This document shows, piece by piece, positions 29,437 through 38,801 of a DNA stretch of 64,000 nt. A program made the position numbers and the translations under genes. The notes beneath the pieces were generated by a model. The model did not search any database, was not told where the DNA came from, and was given only the letters and a program-made list of their open reading frames with translations. How positions within the stretch are numbered: the stretch's first letter is position 1; each line of letters starts with the position of its first letter. Source of the stretch: Candidatus Latescibacterota bacterium (GTDB lineage: Bacteria; Latescibacterota; UBA2968; UBA8231); contig OZ244561.1 of assembly GCA_965217585.1 (NCBI GenBank), forward strand, positions 2,112,001-2,176,000, written 5' to 3'.

Positions 29437-31243
29437 CTTCTTCGTGGTACACTCGCATCAAATCTGAGTACATCAGATAGCCCCAAAATTCGTCCTCTCC
29501 TTCGCCTGTGGTGTGCATCACGGGCAGCTTATCGTAACCCGAATCCAGCAGTTTTTGCAGGGCCTCGTGCAGGTTGTCCTCCACGTCTATGGGTCGGACG
29601 TCATCGACGACCATGTCCTCTATGAGGACTAGGTTGCGCAGCATCTCGTCTTCGGGCAGGTCGAGGTCCTCAAGGCTGATCATGCCGCGCAAGCCGCCGT
29701 CGTCATCGGTGACGACAAAGTGCACGTGGCCCAGCTTCTTGCTCAGGGAACTCAGGGAAAAATAGGAAAGCCGATTGCTGACGATGGCTTCGGAGGTGTT
29801 TTTGAGGCGGGGAAACACTTCGCGGACTTGGAGATTGTGCAGCACATCGACGGTGAGGTCTTTGATATGGGCCGGAGAGTAGAACTTGTTTTGGACTTGG
29901 TTTTGGTAGATGGAAAAGTTGCGCGCGAAGATCAGCGCGAGGGCGCTGACGACCATCAGTGGCGGCAGCAGGTGGTAGGAGCCGCTCATTTCGATGACGA
30001 GAATCAGGGCCGCTAGCGGCGTATTGGCCACCGCGCCGAAGAATGAGGCCATGCCCACCACGATATAAGCGGCTGGTTGGTGGACGATGTGGGGAAAGTA
30101 CTGTTGGCCCAGCAGGCCCACGGCACCGCCGAGCATCCCACCGATAAAGAGCGAGGGGCCGAAGACGCCGCCCGAGCTACCGCTGGAGATCGTGCAGCTA
30201 GAGGCGAGGATTTTGAGCAGGGCGAGAGCTAGGAAGGCGCGGATTCCGAGCTCGCCGTCGAGCCCCTGTTGAAGGACGCCGAATCCATCGCCCAGCACTT
30301 GCGGATCGATAAGGGCCACCAGCCCCACCAGCAATCCCCCGCAGCAGACGATCCAGTAGCGGGGCAGCGGCAGGCGGTCGAAGAGGGTGCGCGCAAGGCG
30401 CAGGGCCTTGACGTAAAAAATGCCAACTAAGGCGCATAAAAACCCCAGCGCTAGATAGAAGATCAACTCGCGCACATCCGTGAATAGCTGGTCGGGCAGG
30501 GCGAAAATATGCGAGAAGCCAAAGACGGCTATGTAGATGGCATAGGCGACAAAAGAACTGATGACGCAGGGAATGAGCGCGTCGCTTTCAAAGTCTTCGC
30601 GGTAGAGCACTTCCACGCTGGCGATCGCAGCGCCCAAGGGCGCGCGGAAAATTGCGCCCAAGCCTCCGGCCGTGCCCGCCAGCAACAAAATCCGCCGCTG
30701 GGCAACCGAGAGCTTGAGTTTGTCGCCGATCCAAGAGCCTAAGCCCGCGCCAATATGCACCAAAGGACCTTGCTGACCAGCGGCACCACCGGAGGCCAGC
30801 GTGATGATGGTCGCCAGGGCCTTGACCGGGGCGACTATGGGGCGGATGTGGCCGCGCTGGTTGTGGAAGGCGTCGATCATGGCGTCGGTGCCCGCGCCTT
30901 GGGCCTCGGGCGCGAAGCGGTGAGTCAGGTAGCCGCTGAGCAGGCCCCCCAGCGCCGGCAGCAGCAGCAACAGCCACAAAAATTCTCCGTAGGTGGGCGC
31001 GTCGAGGAAGGAGAAGTCGAATAGCGCCCTGTTGTGGGGATGGGTCTGGCGGTAACCAGCCAGTTTCTCGACTAGCAGGAACTTGGCCAGCGCGAGGCCA
31101 TAGGTGAATAACACGGCACCCAAGCCGGAAAGCAGGCCTATGAGCGCACTGTAGAGATAGATGCGGGAGACAAACTCAAAGCCGAGCCAGTCGCGGAGCA
31201 AGCGGGCGGCAGGACCCCGAGTCTTCGGGGCGGCTTCAGGCAT
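29411..31243 (-). CDS. ClC-family anion channel/transporter with C-terminal CBS pair
   Basis: APEAQGAGTD, GQQGP, FRAPLG, SGGVFGP, PLAALILVIEM; CBS domains. Confidence 0.92.
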   Translation of the reverse strand: MPEAAPKTRGPAARLLRDWLGFEFVSRIYLYSALIGLLSGLGAVLFTYGLALAKFLLVEKLAGYRQTHPHNRALFDFSFLDAPTYGEFLWLLLLLPALGGLLSGYLTHRFAPEAQGAGTDAMIDAFHNQRGHIRPIVAPVKALATIITLASGGAAGQQGPLVHIGAGLGSWIGDKLKLSVAQRRILLLAGTAGGLGAIFRAPLGAAIASVEVLYREDFESDALIPCVISSFVAYAIYIAVFGFSHIFALPDQLFTDVRELIFYLALGFLCALVGIFYVKALRLARTLFDRLPLPRYWIVCCGGLLVGLVALIDPQVLGDGFGVLQQGLDGELGIRAFLALALLKILASSCTISSGSSGGVFGPSLFIGGMLGGAVGLLGQQYFPHIVHQPAAYIVVGMASFFGAVANTPLAALILVIEMSGSYHLLPPLMVVSALALIFARNFSIYQNQVQNKFYSPAHIKDLTVDVLHNLQVREVFPRLKNTSEAIVSNRLSYFSLSSLSKKLGHVHFVVTDDDGGLRGMISLEDLDLPEDEMLRNLVLIEDMVVDDVRPIDVEDNLHEALQKLLDSGYDKLPVMHTTGEGEDEFWGYLMYSDLMRVYHEEVIRLEGQD

Positions 31244-31826
31244 GGGCGGTGGGCTGGCAGGTGGGGCTGACGGTCTGCCATTGGCGCAGGACCTCAAAGA
31301 CGAGGACGGCGCTGGCCGCGGCGACATTGAGGCTGTTTTTGTAGCCGTACATGGGAATCTCGACTAGCTCGTCGCAGCGTTCGAGCGCGGCGCAATCCAC
31401 GCCGAGGGCTTCATTGCCCACGATTAGGGCTAAGGGGCGCGGATAGTTTAGCTCGGTGTAGCAGCGGCTTTGCGATGTCGTCTCCAGCGCCCACACCGGC
31501 ACTTGGCGAGCGCGCAAGTGCTCAATGGCTTGTAGGGTGGTGGCGAAATGGCGAGTCTCTATGTACGAGAGGGTGCCCAACGCCGTCTTGTCGAGCTTGG
31601 GATGGGGCGGATGGGCCGTGTAGCCGCAGGTGTAGATGCCGCTGAGACGGCCCGCGTCGGCCGTGCGGAAGATCGAGCCAACGTTGAAGGCGCTGCGCAA
31701 ATTGTCGAGCACCAGATAGAGCGGGTGTTTGGGCAGGCGGGCGTATTCGTCGAGGGGCATCTCAGCGTCGAACGTGCGGACCTCAAAGCTGGTTTCCTTG
31801 CCGTAGTTGCCCGGCCGGAGTTTCAC
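31236..31826 (-). CDS. TrmH/SpoU RNA methyltransferase
   Basis: LDNLRSAFNVGSIFRT, GNEALGV, IPMYGYKNSLNV. Confidence 0.92.
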   Translation of the reverse strand: MKLRPGNYGKETSFEVRTFDAEMPLDEYARLPKHPLYLVLDNLRSAFNVGSIFRTADAGRLSGIYTCGYTAHPPHPKLDKTALGTLSYIETRHFATTLQAIEHLRARQVPVWALETTSQSRCYTELNYPRPLALIVGNEALGVDCAALERCDELVEIPMYGYKNSLNVAAASAVLVFEVLRQWQTVSPTCQPTAHA

Positions 31827-32872
31827 CCGACTTCCTCCGGGGACACAGGCCGCTGCTGGGCGGCAGAGAGCCGGGCGGCCTCAATAGCGACCATGGTCTG
31901 CCGCACGCTCTGGGCGGTGACCGCCAGCGCGGCTCGACCGGCTAGCGCGTCGGCGATGTTTTCGTAGTAGGAACGCCAGCGGCCGGGCGCAGTCTCAATG
32001 ATGGTTTCCGCCGTCCGGCCCGCCGCTGGCCTATAGAGGTGTGCATAGTGCTCGGGCGCTTCTTCGGCCGCGTCAATGTCGCCGGCGATCATGGCCTTTT
32101 CCTGCGGGTCAACGCCCTCTTTGACCAGTGCGCCTTCCGTGCCCAGCACATACCAGCGCGGTTTGGGTTTGCGCGCCAGCGACGAGGTCTCCACGCGGGC
32201 TTCGACGCCGTTGGCAAAGTGGAGCACAGCCAGCGCGTGGGACTCGACGTCGAGGCCGAGCGGTTCGCCGGAGTGGAAGGCGGCATACACCTTTGTCAGC
32301 GGCGCGTCGATAAGCTGGAAGGCTTGATCGACCAGATGCGCGCCTAGATCGAAGAATTTGCCGCCGCCGTGCCGCGCTATGCTGCGCCAGCCGCGCGGGG
32401 GGCCGTATTGGCCCCAGAACATTTCTAGCAAAAAAGGATCGCCGAGCAGCCCTTGGGCTAGTGCATCTTTAACGACGAGGAAATCGCCGTCCCAGCGGCG
32501 GTTCTGAAAAACGCTGAGCAAGCGGTCGTGGGCTTGGCTGGCGGCGATCATCTGGTCGGCCTCGGCGATGCTCAAGCACATGGGCTTGTCGGTGACGACG
32601 TGTTTACCCGCCGCTAGCGCTTGGATCGCGTGTGGGGCGTGGAGGTCGTTGGGCGTGGCGAGGACGACTAGATCGACGGCAGGGTCGGCTAGCACTTCGT
32701 CGAAGTGGCGAAAGGTCTTTACTCCCAAGTCGCGTTGAATCTGGTCGCGGGCCTCCGACCGGCTGGTGGCGATGCCGTAGAGGTTCAGGCCACTGGCCAG
32801 CCCCACGAGATAGGCGTGGAAGCAGCGGCCGGCAAAGCCATAACCGATGACGACGACGTTGGGTTTTTCCAT
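31823..32872 (-). CDS. Gfo/Idh/MocA oxidoreductase
   Basis: IGYGFAG, ATPNDLH, DKPM, FQNRRWDGDF, DLGAHLVDQ. Confidence 0.92.
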   Translation of the reverse strand: MEKPNVVVIGYGFAGRCFHAYLVGLASGLNLYGIATSRSEARDQIQRDLGVKTFRHFDEVLADPAVDLVVLATPNDLHAPHAIQALAAGKHVVTDKPMCLSIAEADQMIAASQAHDRLLSVFQNRRWDGDFLVVKDALAQGLLGDPFLLEMFWGQYGPPRGWRSIARHGGGKFFDLGAHLVDQAFQLIDAPLTKVYAAFHSGEPLGLDVESHALAVLHFANGVEARVETSSLARKPKPRWYVLGTEGALVKEGVDPQEKAMIAGDIDAAEEAPEHYAHLYRPAAGRTAETIIETAPGRWRSYYENIADALAGRAALAVTAQSVRQTMVAIEAARLSAAQQRPVSPEEVG

Positions 32873-33162
32873 GATTTTTACCTGTGCGACGGGCGTTTTT
32901 GCGGCCAGCAAATGGGCACTTATATTATGAAAACTCAAAGGTTTGGGCAAATTTTCAGGAGGAGTGCAATGCGGATTCGGATTAGCTGGGATGAAGGCGC
33001 GGTCGAAGCGGTTCTGGACGCTACGCCGACGGCAGAAAGTTGAATAAGAAGGGACACTTTTTCCTCGCTTAGGTGTTATATATGGCACACGGTCAATCGG
33101 GTGGGCCCAACGTGGAGTCTTTATCCATGTCGCCGGTGCGAGGACAATGGACGGAATCACTT

Positions 33163-34596
33163 ATGCAGGGAAGCAGCAGATCGGTCATCGGTCTCAGCGT
33201 GGTCCTGCTGCTCTGGTTGAGCGGTTGCGGGGCCGCTTATTCGGGCTATGTGTCCCATTCGCTCAAACAGCTAGAAAAGGGCAACTACGAAGGGGCCCTC
33301 GGTAAGCTGGAAAAGCCCACCGGCAAGACCAACAAGCTGCTCTACCACCTGGAAAAGGGGCTGATTTTGCACTATCAGGGCCAATACGAGGCGTCCAACT
33401 TGGAGTTTGCAGAGGCCGAGCGGCTAAGCGACCAGCTCTACACCCGCTCTGTCTCGCGCCACGTCGCGGCTATGGTCTCCAACGACGCAGTCATCGCCTA
33501 TCGCGGCGAGGAGTTTGAGTTGGCCCTGATTCACTACTACCGAGCGATGAACTACGCTCGGCTGGGCGATCGGCAGGCCGCGCTAGTGGAGTGCCGCAAG
33601 GCCAACCAGAAACTCGAAGGCTACGCCCAGCAAGCCGAATATGAGCTGAGCTATAAGAACGACGCCTTTTTGCAATACATGACCGGCCTCTTCTTTGAAT
33701 CCGAGGGCGAGTGGAACGATGCGTATATTTCCTACAAGGATGCCTTAAAAGGCTATCGCGCGTACGACGCGGCCTTCGGCTCACAAGTGCCGCACATCTT
33801 GCTGGTTGATCTGGCGCGGCTGGCTGGGCGCTTGGGCTACGAAGACGAGGTTGCGGAATACACGGAGCGCTACCAGCTTGAGCCAGGGGAACTCCAGCCG
33901 GTATCCGGTGGCGAGATCGTAGTTTTCGTCGAGAGCGGCTTTGTGCCGCGCAAGCACCAGGTCGAATTCAATATGCCCATTATGAAAGGCGAAAAGGGCG
34001 TTAAGACGTGGACGGTGTCGGAGCGGGCCGTCCATCGCTACCACCATCCGCACACCTATCAGCGACGACGAGTAGATTACTGGCTCAAAGTGGCACTGCC
34101 CGAATACCGAGAGGTCCGCTCGCAAGTGGCCGGGGTGCGGTTGCGGGCGGGCAACCAGAGCGCGACTGCAGCCGTGGGCGAGGACTTAGCGGCGATTGCC
34201 CAACAGACCTTTACTGAGAAGTTCGACTCGATCCTGCTGCGCGCCGTCGCTCGCAACTTGGTCAAGTATTTGGCGTCTAAAGGGATAGAAAAGGTGTTCG
34301 AGGACGATGAGGACGATGAAGATGACGAGAACGCTTGGGTCAAAGAGGGGGTGGGTCAAGCCCTCGGCGGCTTGGTCAACCTCTTAGGCGCGGCGACTGA
34401 GGCGGCCGATACCCGAAGCTGGCTATCGCTGCCGCGCACCATCCACATCGCACGCCTGTCCGTGCCGCCGGGTACGGCCGCCCCGACTTTGGAGTTTATC
34501 GACGCTCGAGGTCAGGTGATAGCCGTAGAGACGCTGCCCGAGGTGGCGGTGGCGGCCGGAGAAAAGGTCTTCCTAAACTTTCGCACTTTTCGCTGA
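33163..34596 (+). CDS. COG3014-like TPR lipoprotein
   Basis: Lipobox LSGC; YRGEEFE, ALVECRK, EAADTRSWLSLP; upstream of lpoB. Confidence 0.8.
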   Translation: MQGSSRSVIGLSVVLLLWLSGCGAAYSGYVSHSLKQLEKGNYEGALGKLEKPTGKTNKLLYHLEKGLILHYQGQYEASNLEFAEAERLSDQLYTRSVSRHVAAMVSNDAVIAYRGEEFELALIHYYRAMNYARLGDRQAALVECRKANQKLEGYAQQAEYELSYKNDAFLQYMTGLFFESEGEWNDAYISYKDALKGYRAYDAAFGSQVPHILLVDLARLAGRLGYEDEVAEYTERYQLEPGELQPVSGGEIVVFVESGFVPRKHQVEFNMPIMKGEKGVKTWTVSERAVHRYHHPHTYQRRRVDYWLKVALPEYREVRSQVAGVRLRAGNQSATAAVGEDLAAIAQQTFTEKFDSILLRAVARNLVKYLASKGIEKVFEDDEDDEDDENAWVKEGVGQALGGLVNLLGAATEAADTRSWLSLPRTIHIARLSVPPGTAAPTLEFIDARGQVIAVETLPEVAVAAGEKVFLNFRTFR

Positions 34597-34609
34597 GGAG
34601 CAAAGAGTT

Positions 34610-35449
34610 ATGTACGTCAAATTATGGATAGCCGCGCTGGCGTTGGCGCTGCCAGCCGCGGCGCAGCAGAGCACGCCGGCTGCCGATCGGGTCACGGACC
34701 CGCTGGAGGAAGGGGCGATCATCAATATCGTCGATTGGGACGGCGGCCAGCTACCCAAGCGCTACTACGAGCGCTCGGACCAGCTACCGATGAGTCTCGA
34801 CGACGTGCGCAAGCTGAGCGCGAACAAGTTCAGCACCGTTGCGATCATCAAGATGCTCGAGGAGCGGCGCTGCGTTTGCGACGCCTCGGTGGATAAGTTG
34901 GTCGCCTTGAAGACAGCCGGCGTCGCCGAAAAGGTGATCGAGGCGGTATCGCTCCACGCGCTGCCGCCCAACCGCTCGTTCGGGCTGACGATCTCCCTCG
35001 ACTTCGAAGGATTGGGCGGCAAGGCGGCGGTATCGACGCAGGCGCGTAAGGGCTATCTCTATTTGATCGTGCCCGACGGCGACAAGGAGCGGGTCTTTAT
35101 CGGCAACTTGCAGGCGATTCTCGCCGGCCGCTGGCAGCGCGACGCGCTAGTCGACAACACCGATCTGCTGCTGCCCAAAAAGGTGCGGCGCGTGACCTTC
35201 GCCTCCGAGGTGCCGCTCAAGACCTACGGCCGCAAGAAGGCCCTAGTATTTACCTCGACCAAACCAGACATCTACACTTCGGCCGATATTCCCGAGGCGG
35301 ATCGGGCAGGGGTGCAGGAGTTCGAGTTCGAGTACCCGGCCGCGTCACTGGAGCGCCAGTGCAGCCTACAGGTGCTCTACCGGCAGGACGCAATGTTGGC
35401 CAACCGCTGGCACTTAGTGCGCACCCATTTCCAGTGCGAATGGGATTGA
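34610..35449 (+). CDS. Hypothetical exported protein
   Basis: GAGGAG RBS, signal peptide, in operon; no recognised family. Confidence 0.75.
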   Translation: MYVKLWIAALALALPAAAQQSTPAADRVTDPLEEGAIINIVDWDGGQLPKRYYERSDQLPMSLDDVRKLSANKFSTVAIIKMLEERRCVCDASVDKLVALKTAGVAEKVIEAVSLHALPPNRSFGLTISLDFEGLGGKAAVSTQARKGYLYLIVPDGDKERVFIGNLQAILAGRWQRDALVDNTDLLLPKKVRRVTFASEVPLKTYGRKKALVFTSTKPDIYTSADIPEADRAGVQEFEFEYPAASLERQCSLQVLYRQDAMLANRWHLVRTHFQCEWD

Positions 35450-35463
35450 AAGGAGCTTATGCA

Positions 35464-36060
35464 ATGAAACGCTACGTTTTCGCGGCAATCGCCTTGGCCG
35501 TGGGGCTTGCAGCCTGTGGCGGCCCGAGGGCCTTCACCAAGGGCCAGTACGGAGATCCAGAAGAGATTTCCATGCTCGACGACAAGTGGAACCAGAACGA
35601 CATGCAGCTAGTCGCCAAGAAGATGATCGGCTCGATGGAGGGCTGGGCAGATGCTCGGGCGATGGCAGACAAGCCGATTGTCATCTTGGAGATGCCGCGC
35701 AACAAGACCACCGAGCACATCGACATGCAGGCGCTCTACGACCACGTCAAGACCGCGCTCATCCAGAGCGGGCAGTTTACGTTCCTCGACAAGGCCGCTC
35801 GGTTAGAGATCGCCCAAGAGTACGAGTACCAAGACTCGGGCTACGTGCGCCCGGACGAGGCTCAGGGACCGGGCAACCAGCGTGGCGCGCGCTTTTTGCT
35901 CGGCGGGGTCATTACCTCGACCCTGCAGCAGGTGGGCAAAAACAAGGTCGTCTATTACAAGGCGACCTTTGAACTAACCGATATCTCGACTACCGAGATC
36001 GTCTGGACCGACCAGAAGGAAATCACCAAGCACTTCCAGAAAAAGAGCATCGGCTTCTAG
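35464..36060 (+). CDS. lpoB: Penicillin-binding protein activator LpoB
   Basis: Lipobox LAAC; NKTTEHID, SGQFTF, EIVW, EITK. Confidence 0.85.
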   Translation: MKRYVFAAIALAVGLAACGGPRAFTKGQYGDPEEISMLDDKWNQNDMQLVAKKMIGSMEGWADARAMADKPIVILEMPRNKTTEHIDMQALYDHVKTALIQSGQFTFLDKAARLEIAQEYEYQDSGYVRPDEAQGPGNQRGARFLLGGVITSTLQQVGKNKVVYYKATFELTDISTTEIVWTDQKEITKHFQKKSIGF

Positions 36061-36077
36061 GGAAAGGAGCACGGAGC

Positions 36078-36614
36078 ATGAGACGCATTGCACTGATCGC
36101 CCTGCTGGCGCTGGCCGTTGGGGCGCAGGCTGCGACGCCGGGACGCACCGACGGCCCCGAAGGCAGCGAATACGGCAAGGGCGGCTACCATCACAAGGCC
36201 CAGTACGGCCGCTTCTACACCGAGGGATTTTTTGGGGCGGCGATGATGGAGAGCGAAGTCTCGGACACTGAGACCGACCTCATTTCGGGACTTAACGTCG
36301 GCTATATGGTCGAGGAATGGCTGGCCTTCCAGCTAGGATTCGCCCGCATCTTGGACCAAAACATCAACCTCTATGCAGGCGGGGTGCGCTCGGCCTACGT
36401 CAATCGGCCGTTCAACTACTATTTTTCGCTCGACGCCGAGCTGTACTCGCCCGAGATCGGCGACACGCGCTTCGGAATCGTCCCGGGAGTTGGGGCCGAG
36501 GTGATTCTCAGCGACCGTGTGCGGGCGGGCTTGCGCTTCCAGCGCGACTTTATCTTTGCCGACGATATGATTCACATCAACCGCTTTACGGCGAAGATAC
36601 AGGTGGATTTTTAG
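36078..36614 (+). CDS. Outer-membrane beta-barrel protein
   Basis: Signal peptide, amphipathic strands, C-terminal Phe. Confidence 0.7.
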   Translation: MRRIALIALLALAVGAQAATPGRTDGPEGSEYGKGGYHHKAQYGRFYTEGFFGAAMMESEVSDTETDLISGLNVGYMVEEWLAFQLGFARILDQNINLYAGGVRSAYVNRPFNYYFSLDAELYSPEIGDTRFGIVPGVGAEVILSDRVRAGLRFQRDFIFADDMIHINRFTAKIQVDF

Positions 36615-36635
36615 GGAGCACCGCGTTGATATGCA

Positions 36636-36670
36636 AAAGGGCTGGCTTCTGAAGCGGAAGCTGGCCCTTT
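36636..36670. terminator. Intrinsic terminator
   Basis: AAAGGGCTGGCTTC/GAAGCTGGCCCTTT hairpin between convergent genes. Confidence 0.7.
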
Positions 36671-36758
36671 GTATGTCTAATTTTTAGCCTACGGCCTATA
36701 ATGAGGCGGCGGGTTCAGGTTTCTCAATAGATGATTTGATTTTGTAATTTCCCATTGT

Positions 36759-36774
36759 ATCTAACGTTTCGCCG
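36759..36774 (-). repeat. attC-like half site (R' end)
   Basis: Plus ATCTAACGTTTCGCCG resembles TCTAACGTTTTCGCC at 55261; ATG follows GTTAGATACA on the minus strand. Confidence 0.55.
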
Positions 36775-37501
36775 ATGGCTTACGGGCGATGACAATCATC
36801 TGATGGCTACCTCGATGGTACGGCTCGCAGTTCAACGAACCATAGACGATCTCCACATCGAGACCTGCCGAGGCAAGCAGATTTCGCATTTGCGATAGCG
36901 TGTAGAGGCGTTGAGATGATCGACTTTCGTCCTCTGTAATCCCATCAATTACACGTTGTCCAATGAGACGTTCTTCACGGAGGTCCCACTTCGATCTAAA
37001 GAGCACTCCATGATTGACGCTCACAGGACGAAAGTTCCGCAGTATTCGTTCGCGATTTAGTTGATCGATCAGAAGTCGTCCACCTGGACGCAATGCACGG
37101 GCAAATCTCCTCACCACGTCGGCATTCTCGCCGTCAGAGAAATATCCAAAGCTGTTGAACCAATTGTAAATCGCGTGGAACTCGTTTTCGAATTCGATCG
37201 AACGCAGATCCATATTCCTGAGATCGGCTTGTACCCCGTCTCTGCTAAATCTTCGTTTAGCCCGGTTTACGAATGTCGATCGCAGGTCGATGCCGACTAC
37301 TTCCACCCCGTGCTTCGCTAGGTGGTAAGCGACACGCCCCGCGCCACAAGGAGCATCTAGGACGCGCTGTCCATTTCTAATACGCAACATTCGTCGGAGA
37401 GAATCTGCCTCGTCCTCTCCGCCTTCATCCGGGCGAAGCCATAAGCTGCCATGGAGCGTCTTGAACCAATCGCGCTCGTCGTATTTAGCCTGTATATCCA
37501 T
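36761..37501 (-). CDS. Class I SAM-dependent methyltransferase
   Basis: VLDAPCGAGR, FNSFGYFS, LRPGGRLLID. Confidence 0.9.
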   Translation of the reverse strand: MDIQAKYDERDWFKTLHGSLWLRPDEGGEDEADSLRRMLRIRNGQRVLDAPCGAGRVAYHLAKHGVEVVGIDLRSTFVNRAKRRFSRDGVQADLRNMDLRSIEFENEFHAIYNWFNSFGYFSDGENADVVRRFARALRPGGRLLIDQLNRERILRNFRPVSVNHGVLFRSKWDLREERLIGQRVIDGITEDESRSSQRLYTLSQMRNLLASAGLDVEIVYGSLNCEPYHRGSHQMIVIARKPSAKR

Positions 37502-37772
37502 GTAGGCTCTCAAGATCTGCAATTGCCGCACCCACGTATTCTGGTGTCTTGGGATGCAAAAGACGGCCGCAGTCCCAGAAGTACCGTACTTGGCGAAGAT
37601 TCTTAACAATTGACAATACCTTTTCCTCTACAGCCGATAACTCGGTAGGGGGCTCGCCAATGACGGCCTTATAGGAAGATCGAAAAATTTGTGCAATTAC
37701 TTTCTAGGTGGGTGATTCCGTGAATTATCAGAGTGCTGCGATCGTCTACGCCTAAATCCTCTGAATTCCTAC

Positions 37773-38675
37773 TCACGCCAGATGCTCGGTCCGCAGTTCT
37801 CTCGACCAGTCGAAGTACTCGTCCAGTCGTACTAGCTCGAATTCATCGACAATGTCGGCTGCGGTACTCTCCGCGGTCTCGCTGTAGATCACCGAAGTGC
37901 CCACCTGCCCGGTCGTGACAATGCGCACGGCCTCGCCGTACTGCCGGTGTATATCGTCGTACCTGGCTTGGTTCTTGTCGAGATGCACCACCTCATAGTC
38001 CAGGTTGATGCGCGCCGTGGCCCAGCTCTGATAGTTGTTGCTTTGGGCTAGAGTGGTGCCTTGCGGATCGATAATGGTGCAGGGCGTCCCCTTGTACACC
38101 GAGCCGACGAAAAAGGCCTGCACATCCAAAGCCCAAAAGTTCTGCACCAGCCCGCCGTGATACATGGAGCTGAAGAGCAGCAGTTTCGGCTTGAGCTTTT
38201 TGTACTGGGCTCGCAACTCGCCAAAGTTTAGGTCAAAACAGATCACCCCACCCACCGGCCCAAAGTCGGTTTGGATTAGGGCCGCGCCTGGCCCTGGACG
38301 AGTGCCGTGGTCGAATTCCGGGTACACCGGGATGTACTTGCGGTAGACACCGGCTAATTCTCCCTGTCGGTCGAGCAGCCCGAGAACATTGAAAACCGCC
38401 CCGCTCTTGCGCTCCTTCTGATGCACCGGCACGGTAATATAGCAGCTATACTGCCGGGCCAAGCCGGCCAGCAGTCGGGTTGTCGGCCCCTCTGGCACTT
38501 CTTCGTCGCAGTTCCGGCAGATGGTCTCGGGCAGGACGATCAGATCGGGCCTAGTGGCCCGGGCGACCCGACCCACCAAGTCCTCTAGGTCCTTGTGGGT
38601 TTGCTCCATCACCTCTTGGTCCGTCCCGCTGATCGGGGCGTAGGAAATGCTCGATACGACGATGTGATTGCTCAT
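37773..38675 (-). CDS. Carbon-nitrogen hydrolase family protein
   Basis: LPE, YRK, ICFDLNF (E-K-C triad). Confidence 0.88.
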   Translation of the reverse strand: MSNHIVVSSISYAPISGTDQEVMEQTHKDLEDLVGRVARATRPDLIVLPETICRNCDEEVPEGPTTRLLAGLARQYSCYITVPVHQKERKSGAVFNVLGLLDRQGELAGVYRKYIPVYPEFDHGTRPGPGAALIQTDFGPVGGVICFDLNFGELRAQYKKLKPKLLLFSSMYHGGLVQNFWALDVQAFFVGSVYKGTPCTIIDPQGTTLAQSNNYQSWATARINLDYEVVHLDKNQARYDDIHRQYGEAVRIVTTGQVGTSVIYSETAESTAADIVDEFELVRLDEYFDWSRELRTEHLA

Positions 38676-38801
38676 GGGTCTTTTCCCCTTTCAAAAATGA
38701 AGCCACGGTCTGCTCGACACGCGATTGTCACCTGCGATTCCTATAGTTATGCTGTACATTCACGCTTTCGCCCCGAAGCTCCTCATCCCGGGAGGTCCTC
38801 C

